From Malacoraja senta (lineage: Eukaryota), in assembly GCA_038087875.1 (NCBI GenBank), contig JAXLNO010002227.1, positions 1-64,000 on the forward strand: a DNA stretch of 64,000 nucleotides. Reading direction: 5' to 3'. This document shows, piece by piece, positions 49,201-61,744 of the stretch (positions are counted from its first letter, which is position 1; each line of letters begins with the position of its first letter). The translations under genes were made by a program, and so were the position numbers. The notes beneath the pieces were generated by a model, which saw nothing but the letters and a program-made list of their open reading frames with translations, was not told the origin of the DNA and did no database searches.

Positions 49201-50924
49201 GCCACTCTTGTGTACTGACTGTGTGTGATCCGCTATCTTACACTCTTGAACTTAGTATGATTGTGCCTAATGTACTGTAGGATTGTTACTGAACTGTATG
49301 CAACAAAATAATTTCACTGTACCTAGGTACATGTGACAATAAAGTATCAGTGAAGCATTCATTCCTTACTGGATACATTCTGGTACTATAGTTGTTTTTG
49401 GTGTATGTCATTTGCCCAACAGCTACTGCGTTCCATTGTAAGCTTGTTAGTTATATTTTGTTTGCAAACACTGTGTCCGTCTGCCTTGACATCAGACTCA
49501 CATAATTTGGACATTGTGGCAATGTATGGGTGACGTACGATATCACATTTTCCTTGCTCCATGGGCAAATTTGGGAAATAACTGACAATACCAACATTGG
49601 CAGAGTCTCAGCGGTAAATCAGCTCTCCGAAATATTGTGTAGGAAGGAACTGCAGATGCTGGTTTATACCAAAGACGTTTCGGGAAGGAACCCTTCTTCA
49701 GTCTGAAGAAGGATTCCGACCCAAAATGTCATCTGCTTCTTTTCTCCAGAGATGCTGTCTGACTCGCTGAGTTGTTCCAGCATTTCTCCTGAATTTGGTA
49801 TTGTGTGCTTTTTCTTCAAATTATTTTCACGACTGGACTGCTGATATTTTCAACCATTTAACTAATTGCGGTGCATTAACTGATGGAGAAAAAATAAAGA
49901 TAATTATTATTAGGTGCTTCTAATCGATTACTGTGCTTTCAATAAAAGTTAACAGAATTATGCTGTCAGGAATTTTAAGTTGCCACCATTTGATTAACAG
50001 GTCAAGCTTTTCTGGATAAACAAGAACAATGTAGCCTAAGAATACTTTTTCATCGCAATTTTTTCTTAAAGTTAGTTTGTAAAAATCATACTGTGGTGGA
50101 ACTGCAGTAAATCAGACAGCAGGGAGACATTTAATATATAACTGTGTGAAGTGTTGCATTGGAAAGCTATAGAGCCTCTTTTTTTCATCAATTCTTAGAA
50201 ATTTATGGTGCAAGCGACACAAAAGGGACATCTGTTTACTGCAATCAGATTGAAATGACTTTGAAGGGAATGGGTGGAATAAAAATAAGGGAATTTCACT
50301 CTTCTTATAAACGGCCACAGAATTGGAGAGGGGGAGGGTATGCTGTCTATGTCTCCTCTCGTGAACCCAACAGAAAATGCTTCTCTCTAATTCAATGAGT
50401 CAAAAGTCTTCCCCAACTCCTGACTTCAGCCAAACATTGAGAAAACAGAAGCAGCAAGAAGTTTAGTGTCTCGTGAGTTGGAAGCAGTAAAGTTCTTCTT
50501 TTCTTTTAAAAACAAGTGATTCTTTCCTCCTGATCATACGGAGTACCTACACCCCTTGTCCATTTAACAGAATCCTGGCAGGATAATCTAGTTTCTCTAC
50601 TGTCTCCTAACACTTGTTTCAAAATCGGTGTCAATATTGGCACGTTTTGTCAAGGACAAGACAAGGTGATAGCTTTACAAAAGACAGGGTGAAGAGGTTC
50701 TTTAATGCAATGAATTGAAGTCGGGCCTTTGATGTAAAAACAACCATTCTTCTAATGGGGACCTGACCATTCACAGATGACACATCTTTTCCTGTATTTG
50801 CATTCAGCTTTAAATGGTTGGTTTCAAGATAGTTTCTCCGAGCATAACATTATTTTTTGCCATGTAAACTCTCCTTAGCACTGTGAGGGAATGATACAAT
50901 TGCCATAAGTATACAGTGCTTAAT

Positions 50925-51210
50925 GTTTAGTTTAGTTTAGTTAGTTTAGACTTTAGAGATACACAGCAGAAACAGGTCCTTCGGTCCACCGAGACTGTGC
51001 CAACCAGCAATTATCTCATACACTAGCACAATCCTACACACCAGGGACAATTTACTATTTTTTTTACTGAAGCCAATTAACCTACAAACCTTTGGAGTGT
51101 GGGAAGAAACCGGAGCTCCCTGAGAAAACCCAGTACCTGCCGTAGTCAGGATCGAACCCGGGCCTCTGGCGCTGTAAGGCGGCAACTATACTGCTGTGCC
51201 ACTGTGCCAC
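50925..51210 (-). mobile_element. HE1-like SINE
   Basis: Family consensus. Confidence 0.8.
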
Positions 51211-54048
51211 TCAAAGTTTAGTTTAGTTTATTTTAGTTTATTGTTGTCTCGTGTACAGTGAAAAGCTTTTTGTCTGCTATCTGGTCAAAGAAAAGGCTAT
51301 ACATGAATAAAATCAAGCCATCCACAGTGTACAGATAAAGGATGCTTTTATGATGTTCTGCTCAAATTGTGTTACAGTCAGAAAGAATGAGCAATTAAAA
51401 TCAATTAATAAAATAGGTACCTCCATGCATACATGATAATGTGCCAATCTGTATATTTGCCTTGATAAATTGTATTTCTTTATGCATTTAGGGATTCCCT
51501 TTTATGGAAGAAGTATTTAAATTGATCAATGGTTAAGTTGCAAATAATGAATTGTAAGTAATTTCTAAATATGAATTAGATATATGAATTGGGGTGGTGA
51601 ATCTGTGGAAGTCATTGCCATGGATGGCCGTGGAGGCCAAGTCATTGGCTATATTTAAAAACAGAGATTGATGGGTTCTTGACTAGTAAGGGCATCAAAG
51701 GTTAAGGTGAGAAGGCCGGAGAATGGGGTTGAGAGGGAAAAATATATGATCGAATGGCGGAGCAGACTCAATGGGCTGAATGATCCAATTCTGCTCCTAT
51801 GTCTTATGATCTTATGAATTAGAATTACTGAGTGGCACAATGGCACACCAGTTAACAGTGCTGACACTCAACTGCAAAAATCCAGTTTTGATCTTAACTT
51901 TGAGTGCTATCTGTGTGGATTTTGAAAATTTCCCCTGTGACTGCAAGGTTTTTGGTGATCGTAAAGAAAGAGATTACTATCATCAAGTCGTGGTCACCCA
52001 CCATCATGATGCTTTCAACCTTGTATTTGGTTCCCGTTTGATATCTTTATTTTTTTTTTAATATTCATTTTTAATTGCTCCATGTACACATCGTCCTCTG
52101 TATCTGTAACTTTCTCCACTCCACTGAACTCAACCAGTTTTCCCCCATGTTCATCATTGTTATTGGTGGCTGTGCTTTCAGTTCGTAAATGCAAAAGTCA
52201 TAGGAGCAGTAGTAGGTCATTCAGCCCATCGAGCCTCCACAACCATTCAATCATGGCTGATCTATTTTTCCCTCTCAACCCCATTCTCCTTCCTTGACAC
52301 CCTTACCAATCTCCGCTTTAAAAAATACCCAATCACTTGGCCTCCAGACATCTGTGGCAATGAATTCCACAGATCCACCACCCTGACTAAAGAAATTCCT
52401 CATTATCTCCTTTCTTCAGTTGTCTACATCATGAGCTCACTTGCTCCACTCTAAATTCTTCTCAATTTCTCCTATTCGTAATTATCATAACCTACCTTCC
52501 TGACCGAGCATTTAATTAAATATCAAATATTAAGTCAGAATACTAATGCAGAGTCCAATTGGACTTTTTAATGTGGGTCTTTTACCCAGAGTAGGGGAAT
52601 AGAGAAACAGGGGATATTGATCAAAGATGAGGGGGGGGGGGGGGAGATTTCATAGGAACCTGGAGGCAACTTTTTACATAAAGTGTGGTAGGTGTATGCT
52701 ACGAGCTGCCAGAGGAGATAGTTGAGGCAGGTACCATCACAATGTTTAAGAAACATTTCGACAGGTACATGGATAGGATAGGTTTAGAGGGATAAGGCCC
52801 AAATGCAGGCAGGTGGGACTAGTGTAGTTGGGACATGTTTGTTGGCATGGGCAAGTTGGGCTGAAGGGCCTGTTTCTATGCTGTATGACTATGATAAAAA
52901 CAGGTGTAAGCTTTTAATATAAGATCCTTTGTCTTTATTAAACCCAAGGATAGCCTTCTCTGTAACCTCCATACTAGGAATTCTATAAAGTCTCTCCTTA
53001 TCTCACATGTCAATTTACAAGAAGCAAAACATTAGGTTACTGCATTAATAATTTTTGTCAGCCATCATGAGAATATGTATTTCTGGCTGGTTATAATTCA
53101 GAGCTTTCAATCTCCAATTTCTCCCCTTGGTATCACTGTGTTATTCATAAATGCTTAAAATGATATTTCTATGCAACTGGCAATAAAAGCAGGTGCAAGT
53201 TTCAAATTTTAAATGCATGCAAAAATTTAAAGAAAACACCACGCGGTGTAGAACAAATGTGTATTGCACTGAAGTTTTGTGTTCTATCTACCAAATGTAC
53301 CTCCTTAAAACTGAGGTAGTACACTTTTTACCAATTATTCAAGATGTAATATGCAAATGGCAGATTATACTTGTAATACCAATGGCACATCTCACCAAGG
53401 GCACCCAAAAAAACATCCAAAAACAATTATTCTCAGATGCACACAGACATGGACAACAAAGAGATCAGGTATGACTCTTTATTTTCACTGAATATTCAAA
53501 CATACAAAACATTTATACAAATTGCATTAGTAATCCAGGCAAATCGACTTGCATTCATATAATGCCAACCACAGACTTTGGTCTCCCGAAGTGCTTTACT
53601 CTTTAAATTTAGTCAAAACAAACTTCCCAAAACCTTTGAAATACAGACTAGCTTTTAAAGTCTTACTTTCAAACTAACATCAAATAATCATTGGCTGGTT
53701 TTGCAGAATACAGTTGCTATTGTCCACTGTGAATCAGACTGACATTAGAGTTGACAAATCTTTTGTGCCAATTCACAACCAAATCTTTGAATTGAGACAA
53801 AAGTCACAATGTTATTGCACCCCAGAATAGTGTACACTCACACACTAATAATTTGCAGTGTCCTTTCTTCCAAATAACGTGACATAAATCGCAGCTGATT
53901 CAATCAACAGATTTTTGCAACTTATTGACATGAATGTTATACTTTAATTATTTCCCATTTCTGACTCAAGATTTTATTTGAATAAGCATCAACTTGTTCC
54001 TGGAGGAATTATTTGGGAAATGCTATAGCTGATCTTACAACCTAGTAG

Positions 54049-54258
54049 ATAGACACAAAATGCTGGAGTAACTCGGTGGGTCAGGCAGCATCTCTGGAGA
54101 AAAGGAATACTTAGGAATACACAGTAGTCTGATGAAGACTGTCAACCCAAAACATCAGCTATTCCTTTTCTCCAGAGATGCTGCCTGACCCACTGAGTTA
54201 CTCCAGCATTTTGTGTCTATCGTCAATGTAAACCAGCATCTGCAGTTCCTTCTTACAC
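54049..54258. repeat. Palindromic Penelope-related repeat
   Basis: ~60-bp inverted arms with a degenerate CTGATGA…AAAAC core. Confidence 0.8.
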
Positions 54259-54864
54259 ACTTGGAACTTAGTAATTTGGTTACCCACCATATTCAAATCT
54301 TGTATTACTTTTATTCATATTATTATATCCAGAAGATTTTGAAAGTTTTGTTTTCTGTTAAACCATATATGGAGGGCTAAGTCCATCATGAATACATGCA
54401 CCAATATATCATACAATAGTTGTGGTGGAGCAATTGGCATGAGAACCAAGAGGGATGCAATTCTATCCTCCTATGGCAGATTTTGTATAATATACAGTGC
54501 GAACAATATAGGTCCCAATAATGTAGTCAAGTCCAAAAGCCTCTGGAATCCCCTCCCTAATTTTGCCATATACTTTACATGTTCATTAAAATTAATGTCT
54601 CTGACCAAGAGTTTTGGTCATTTGCCTTAATATTTCCTTCAAAAGGTTGGTGTTAAATATTGTTTATTACTGCTCCAATGAAACATCTTGGGACATTAAA
54701 AAAAGGTTTTAAAAAAAGGTGCTCTTAGCAGTAATACAAATTATGAATACCATTTCATGTTTAAAAAGATGCATTGTTAACATAAATTGTAAAGTTACCA
54801 TTAACGGTGCAGGAAGGTGGCAGCATGTGTAATTTAGTAGACAGCCATTTAAAAGTGGTAAAAG

Positions 54865-54870
54865 TTTATT
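54865..54870 (-). terminator. Candidate HES6 polyA signal (distal alternative 53478-53483)
   Basis: TTTATT on + (AATAAA on -) about 750 nt after the stop codon. Confidence 0.45.
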
Positions 54871-55611
54871 TTTTTTAAATGACAAAACTCAAAAGTCAAA
54901 CTTACATCACTGACAAATATACACACAATTGAAAACAAAACACATTAATGTGCTGGCAGGACATTTCAAATGTAACTGTGAACAGAAGCATGGGGGAATC
55001 AGTACACAAGTTTTCAAAAGATATTCTCCTAGGCTCAATAAGTACATATACATCTAACCTTATTTTTTTTGCACAATTCTAATTCAGTCTTCCTTCACTG
55101 AAGGTAGATACTGTGGACCCTGTTACCAGTATAAACTAACTCCAAAACAATCCCTTTAAGGGATTATAACATTTTTAACCAGTAGAATTAGAGTGTTTAC
55201 ATGTTTAATCATGTGTGCACGATTTTATTTCCCCTCAACAAAGTTTTTAAAAAAAGGTTACATGTTGTGCTTTGTAGAAGCGCTTTGTTTCACTCTTTTT
55301 ACTGTTACTAAGAAATTCGAATACCTCTTTACCCAGGGCCTCAATTAGAAATTCGTGATAGTATCTAACACAGCTAAGCTTTAAAATAGGGTATTGCCCA
55401 ATTGTATTGTATTACTCCCAGTGCTATTTTTTTCAGTTTCTTTAAGCATATCTCTCCATTTAAAAAAAAAATCATATTACTGCATTTGCTATGGGATCGA
55501 TATTGTTCATAGAAGGCAGTGATGGCATGCAACTGGCTCCTAATGGGAAAGCCAATGCCCGCTCCCAAACAAGGCAGCTTTGTTACTTCTCTTCGGCCCT
55601 GCTCCGTTCGA

Positions 55612-56069
55612 TTACCACGGCCTCCAGACCGACTTGGAGTACATTGCAGGGGATGTGTTCTCTGTCCGACAGCTGTCTACCACTTTATCTTGCAGCAAGG
55701 GTGCCGGTGCAGCAGTGGACGGGTCCGCGTCGTCCAGATCGGAGCAGGCATCATCGCTGGAGGCAGAGGATACAGGAGACAGTGCCGGGGAGCAGAGCTG
55801 TTCTCTACCTCCGGGGGACGCCAATAACAGGCACATATCGTCAGGCCCAGACCATATACTGGAGCTACTCTCAGCCATCAACTCGCCCAGTAAATCCTGA
55901 AAGTGGTCTTCGCTCAGTGGCATGGACTCCAGGAGGTGGTTCAGTAAATCGGCGGCTACGGCAGAATCGATCCCCGGACAGTTTGAAACGAAAGTGTGGA
56001 CCTCGTGCATGCACTGGATGTAGCCGGCTGCAAACCTCTCATTCGCTTCCTCGTTAAACCTATCCTGTT
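55612..56069 (-). CDS. HES6: HES6 exon 4 (Orange domain, WRPW)
   Basis: gcag|AA CAG GAT…; ORF 55612..56079 ending WRPW*. Confidence 0.96.
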
Positions 56070-56688
56070 CTGCCAACAAGGAGAGAAGGAAGAGTTTTTT
56101 TCCCTTAAAAGAAACAGCTTCCTATCGTAACAATTGCCATTAAAATATATTGTTCGCATTCTGCAAAAAAAAAAGCTTATGCAATACATGTATATATTTT
56201 GCAATAGATTCCCAACTCCCTGCAATTTCCACTCCCCTGCCTACTCACCAACATTTCTGTTGCAAAGTATGTTTTGGACGCGTTTCACCGTCATCTCCAG
56301 CACCTCTGCATTCTCCATTTTCGACTGCAGCTGAGAATATTTAGCACATTTTAGATTTTTATTTTTTTAAATCACGTACTGAAATCTGAAGGGATTTTTT
56401 CCCCCCCATCAGTACAGCTTAAAAAAAAAACTCACTTCCGTATCCGCCAATATCAGTCTCAGCTCTTGCAAGCTTTCGTTAATGCGGGCTCGCCTCTTCT
56501 TCTCGATCAATGGCTTGCGAGTCTGCAGTTAGCAAAAGAAACGCCCCGGGTTAGAGTGAATTTTTTTTTTGTCTCGTGCATAGCCCCCCGATTAAAAGTT
56601 GCCCTTTTAAATGTACCTTGCGATCTTCTTTGACTGCATAAAAGTCTCCTTCATCCCTGACAGATCCCGGTTTGCAGGCTGGAGCCAT
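55612..56688 (-). CDS. HES6: Transcription cofactor HES-6 (bHLH-Orange-WRPW), 4 exons, 232 aa
   Basis: Spliced protein MAPACKPG…EDRK|TRKPLIEKKRRARINESLQELRLILADTE|LQSKMENAEVLEMTVKRVQ…|EQDRFNEEANERFAAGYIQCMHEVHTFVS…LLNHLLESMPL…SVWRPW; short bHLH loop typical of HES6. Confidence 0.96.
56249..56330 (-). CDS. HES6: HES6 exon 3 (helix 2)
   Basis: tcag|CTG CAG TCG…GTT G|gtgagt. Confidence 0.95.
56436..56522 (-). CDS. HES6: HES6 exon 2 (basic region/helix 1)
   Basis: gcag|ACT CGC AAG…GAA|gtgagt. Confidence 0.95.
56617..56688 (-). CDS. HES6: HES6 exon 1 coding part
   Basis: ATG GCT CCA…CGC AAG|gtacat. Confidence 0.92.
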
Positions 56689-56759
56689 ATTGTTAAGGAT
56701 TCCAGCAACCTTACCAAATATTTCTTCTTTAAAAAAAAATCAAAGAAAGAGTCCTCCCA

Positions 56760-57000
56760 CCAAAGCACGTTTTGCTGGCAGCTGGTACGCGTACAATCTC
56801 CTTTTTTATTCACTGTAACCCTGCCGTTGGCAAACTCTCTATATATACCCGCTCGTTTGCATTTGAATGGTGGGGGAGCGGCGCGTCCGAAGGACGCCTA
56901 AAGGTTATTAGCTTATCCAATGGTGGTGCAACGCTTTGTATGGGGCTCAATACTGCGCTCTGCCTGCTGTCAGGCTCCGGCGAGCCACGTGAGTCAATGG
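56760..57000 (-). promoter_or_regulatory. HES6 proximal promoter/5'UTR: TATA (56840-56847), E-box CACGTG overlapping AP-1 TGAGTCA (56986-56996), CACGTT (56766) and CAGCTG (56779)
   Basis: TATATATA on - strand ~150 nt upstream of the ATG, CpG-rich context, motifs read directly. Confidence 0.7.
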
Positions 57001-57750
57001 GACTTTTAAAGTTATTTGTTATGCAATTCGACACAACAGAACTGTACTTTTTTTTCTCTCTTGGAGGGGCGAACCAAACATTACACCACTCCGTCCTCAC
57101 ATTCCAAAACGCTAGCTATCAACTGCAGGCCAATTCCCCTACAACCCCAATCCGAGGACAATTGCGTTCACTGTTTACTGCATAAGATGGTGGAGCTGCA
57201 AACAGGAATTGTTTGTCATTGCGTTTAGACATCAATAAGGTCTCGGGGAATGAAAACACTTTAGATATTAACACACATCTACGTGTTTTTTAAATATTTC
57301 ATGGGAAGATGTGTCAATAAAATGAAACGATAACTACATTGTAAATGTTGATTGGAGAGATTTAATTGCAAAAAAAACCTTATTAAGAGAAGATAACGCC
57401 GATTGTAAGAAAAGTAAAGATTTTTTCTAATGTCCTTTCTACTACATTCAGAGGAAAATCTATTTTGGGATATGGAGGTGAAATGGAACATGATGCAGAC
57501 AGTTAGCAGCTGCAGTTCTTCGCCAGAATGAAACAATTAATAGCATTAGGCTGTCTCTAAGGAGCAAGCGACAGGTGTTAGGTCTTGTTTCATTTGTTTT
57601 CCACTTTTACTTCTAGTGCCATGTATCTGTCGTATTTATCATATCCAAACTACACCCATCCAACCCTTGATTTCGGCAAAAGTGGAGTTTGCTGGATACA
57701 TAATCAGCATGTCATTTATCCTCTAAAATATTACACTCTTGTCAGATCAA

Positions 57751-58387
57751 TTATGTAAATCGCTCCTTTTTATAACTACCAGTTTTATCCAGTTTTATTG
57801 GAACAGTAAACACACAACATTGCCCTGCATTCTCGTTCTAAAGGACACGTCTGAAAGCAAAGTAAAAGTGTTTTGCATACTTTGGAAATAACCTCAAAAT
57901 GACTACACAAGTTGTTTAGAAATGCTACTGGAATACAATAGAAATGTCTGTGTGTTCGCTCAGGTTCTGTTGCACGTTTTCCCCCCTCTACCGTGCAGCC
58001 GCTTTAACGTTAACGCCGTAAGCTGGTGGATGGAAGATTTAAAGGCTCGCTATACCAATCGTGCATAGTTTCAGCTCCATTTTAAGATATATATCGTGGA
58101 AAGACATCGCACTCCCAGTGGAACGAGGGCCTCCTGTTGTGTACGGTTTAAGTGCAGGTTCACTCCGCACGTTGAATGTCGTCGTGAAAGTCTTTGTCTG
58201 TTCCTTAACCTCACCGAAAGAAATAAAACAACATCAGAAAAGATCAGAACCCGAATATGTGTTCCACACGCATGGTTGGGTCCCCACTAAATGAACATTA
58301 ACACCCCAAACCCAAATCAGGAAGATTAACGTGACTAAAACGTGAGACGTTTCTTATGTAAATATTATTCTCACATAACAAAACGTG
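57751..58387. promoter_or_regulatory. Candidate clock-type enhancer: 5 E'-boxes (CACGTT/AACGTG) + 2 D-boxes (TTATGTAA)
   Basis: E' at 57973, 58168, 58328, 58339, 58382; D-box at 57751, 58354. Confidence 0.5.
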
Positions 58388-61300
58388 AGTTACTGTTCAC
58401 AATTAGGCATTGGGGAAATTGTAAAACGCTTGGAGGGATGAGGGGTTTTATGGACTTTCCGTTGATAATTCAAGTAGTCGGTGACGAGATAAATTCCACA
58501 GCCAACATGAAGATTACAATTCAGAGCTTTAATTTTTTCTCTTTGGAAAAATTGGCAGCTTGCCACCAACGTAATTGGGCCCACTCATTATGCAACCTGG
58601 TCAGCGGATCCTGCAGCTGTCGTTGAAATCTTTTGTTTAGGGCGAGCAGGCGTGCCCGATTCTCGTTTTCAATATATTTCATCAGTATTCAGGAATGGTT
58701 GGCTTGGAAAATAATTCTGATAATAGAGGAGACTGCGAGCCTCCCACCAAATACGTTTCGAGGGTTGGTTGCTAAACGCATCTGCAAGTTTGTGCCACAA
58801 AATTATTATTTTTGTCTTTCTGTTTTCAAACATTTGTGGAGAGATGGCCGTGAATCATAACGGAATAAGGAGGGAGGGGGGGGGGTCATAACGGAATGAT
58901 TCATTGTGTGTTAGTCAATGGATTTGTATAGTGTCAGTTGGTATGGAACTGTGTAAAAGTTTAAATTGTGTCGGTATGGTATGTGAGAGGTACGAGATTG
59001 TCGCTGAAAATTAAATCAAATGAGTAAATGAAACTCCAAACGCCTATAAACGACAGATTTTATTTTGCTGCAAAATGACAATGAAAATGTGTGGGTAAAA
59101 TCTGAAATAAATGACCAAGACATTGTGACGTGGGGCACTGCATCAAATATTTACACATATAAATTGGAGCGTTTTCTGTTGAGGTACTTTGATAGACTAT
59201 TTTCATAAGGCCAGCCTAAAAGCAGTGACAAGGGACCGCAACGTTGAGCGAGCCATTGTGATTTTCCAATGCGCTATGCACAATGTGTTAGGAGCAGCAG
59301 CCTCGTATAACGGGCAGGGCGGAGAAAGGCCAAGGTCATTGATTCTCATTCGCATATGCAACCATTCCCAGTTAAATATACCACAAAGTTGAACCCCAAC
59401 CTGTAAGGACTTTGCTTTCATTTCATTTGCAATCGTGCAAGACAAATGAGGGGATGGCAGATGCAATCTATTATTCGGTGCAGTTCTGGAATAACTAAAG
59501 TATGTCCTACAATGCAAGTATGTGAGAGTAGCCTCATTCAATGAAAAGTGTTTAAGAGGTGCTTTAAAATGAATGGAACTTAAGAAGAACTAGAGCAACT
59601 TATACTCTTGTAATTTCGACTGAGCAAAGCATCGCAGAGCTCTTCGCGTGAAGGTTTTGAAACAAGATTTTTCATCTCCAGCCACAGAAAAGGCGAGAGC
59701 ACCAGATGGCCAAAATGTTCATCAAAGATACAGGGAATCGCTTACAGGAGGAAAGAGGTAAAGGGGCGAAGGAGATCGTGGCGGAATTTCTAAAACTGGC
59801 TGTCTAGGCAACTAAAGGATCGTTTGTCAATGGAAACGTAATTATATTCAGGACTACTTAAGAAGACAGATCTTGTCGACCCCGGATATCCCAGTGCTTC
59901 AATGTGTTCAGTAGAGTTGGAGAGTTATGAAAGGTTTTGCAAAGGTGGAGTTTTTTAAATTGTTTAACCAGTCTGAATAAGGGTCCCGAACCCGAAACGC
60001 CGCCTGTCCTTCCTCTCCGCAATGCTGCCTGACCCGCTGAGTTCCTCCAGCACTTTGCGTTTTGCTCAAGATTCCGGCATCTGCGGTTCCTTGTGTCTCC
60101 TTTTAACCAGGAGTCACCCGTTCAGTGCAAAGTGATGGGTGAACAAGATTTACAATGCGATACGATACGATAGAACTTTATTTATCCCTGGAAGGAAATT
60201 GACCTGCCAACCATCATAAAAACACAAACTACATGGAACATGAAATTAAAGTGACGCGTGTAAACGATTGGGGGGGGGGGTGCAAAGATTTGGGATGGGG
60301 GGGGGGGGGGAGTCAGTCTCAGCCTCAGTCTACCCAACGACAGATGGGGGAGGAGTTGTACAGTTTGATAGCCACAGGGAAGAAGGATCTCCTGTGGCGT
60401 TCTGCACTGTATTTAGTGCAAGTCTGGACATGGGCAACGGGTTTGGGTAAGCTGACGTTTTATAACAAGGGCGCAATGCACTGGGATAGTCATATCGAGA
60501 CGGGATGAAGTTACTAACGTGGAAATGAGAGGTCTTGATAATAACACGAGAACGTCGTCTGGGAATTCAACAGGGGGGTTCATCTCCACCCACGGGAGAC
60601 ACGAGAGGAGCAGATGGCCCAAATGATCACCAAATATGCAGTTTGCAAGCAGTCGCTTGAAGGTGAAGGGGGTAAAGGCCAAGGGGCGAAGAAGAATGGG
60701 GCGAAATTTACGAAAGTTGTTTGAAGAAGGGTCTCGACCCGAAAGTTACCCATTCTTTTTCTCCCGAGATGCTGCCTGTCCCGCCGAGTTACTCCAGCAT
60801 TTTGTGTCTATCTTCCAAACGTTGTTGTCGGGGCAACTAAAGAAACGTTGCCAAGAGGAAAGTTAATCAGGATTAAATGGCGGGGTCGAGATTGGTTTGC
60901 CACCAATCTCGTTCATTTTCAGACACACGCCAAGGAGAAGCAGAAGATTTCTGGTGGACACAGAAGAAAACGGGGCAGATCTCCTGGCAAGATTTGCCAG
61001 CAATCCCACCAGGATTTGCATGGAGTCACGCCAATAACTGGGCTATTGCCGTGCGGATGCAACCTTGTGCTCGGGTGAGCGTTGGCCCCAACGCGCCAGG
61101 ACCGCATCAGTTGTGGGCTCCATGCCAAGTCCAATACAGCGACGCCAACCTCCGCAGGTCACCCTGCTCTCGGGTGGTGCCGGGGTCCCATTAAAACGAA
61201 GTGATAAATCTACTGGTGGGGTGAGGGTGGTGTTATTTGATTTGATTTAATGACATTGGTTTGAATAACTTGAATTGTTTTTGTTTTTATGCGCGCCTGT

Positions 61301-61744
61301 TTACTGTAGGATTAGACAGGGGCGCTGCTCCCCCTTCCTCGCCCCCACCCAAAATGATCTGTAAAATGTAAATATAAGCTTTACGTGTAGGAAGGAACTG
61401 CAGATGCTGGTTTACACCGAAGATAGACACGAAATGCTGGAGTAACTCAGCGGGACAGGCAGCATCATCTAGCATTTTCTTTTTATATCTTCAATAGAAA
61501 CTTTAAATACACTACACCTAAACACAATCGCTACTGGAGGGACTAGAGGATTCGGGGCATGTTTTACGAGGATGGACAAACAGGGAGTAGTAATTCACAA
61601 AGTCGGGACAAAATGCATTCTAGACTCTTAGAAACAAGGGAAAAAAGAGCCCAGACTGAGTATTATTTCCCTATTCACTTTGGTTATAGGGTTGGTTAAG
61701 GGGTTTAGTGTGGTAACTTTGCTTAAACTTTGCTTAAACTTTGC

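Noticed and set aside
42000-53400. Additional gene between PER2 and HES6
   Set aside because: Only short ORFs from SINE/LINE/palindromic repeats or AT-rich noise; no coherent exon chain recognised
55491-56057. 188-aa + strand ORF
   Set aside because: Antisense shadow of HES6 exon 4
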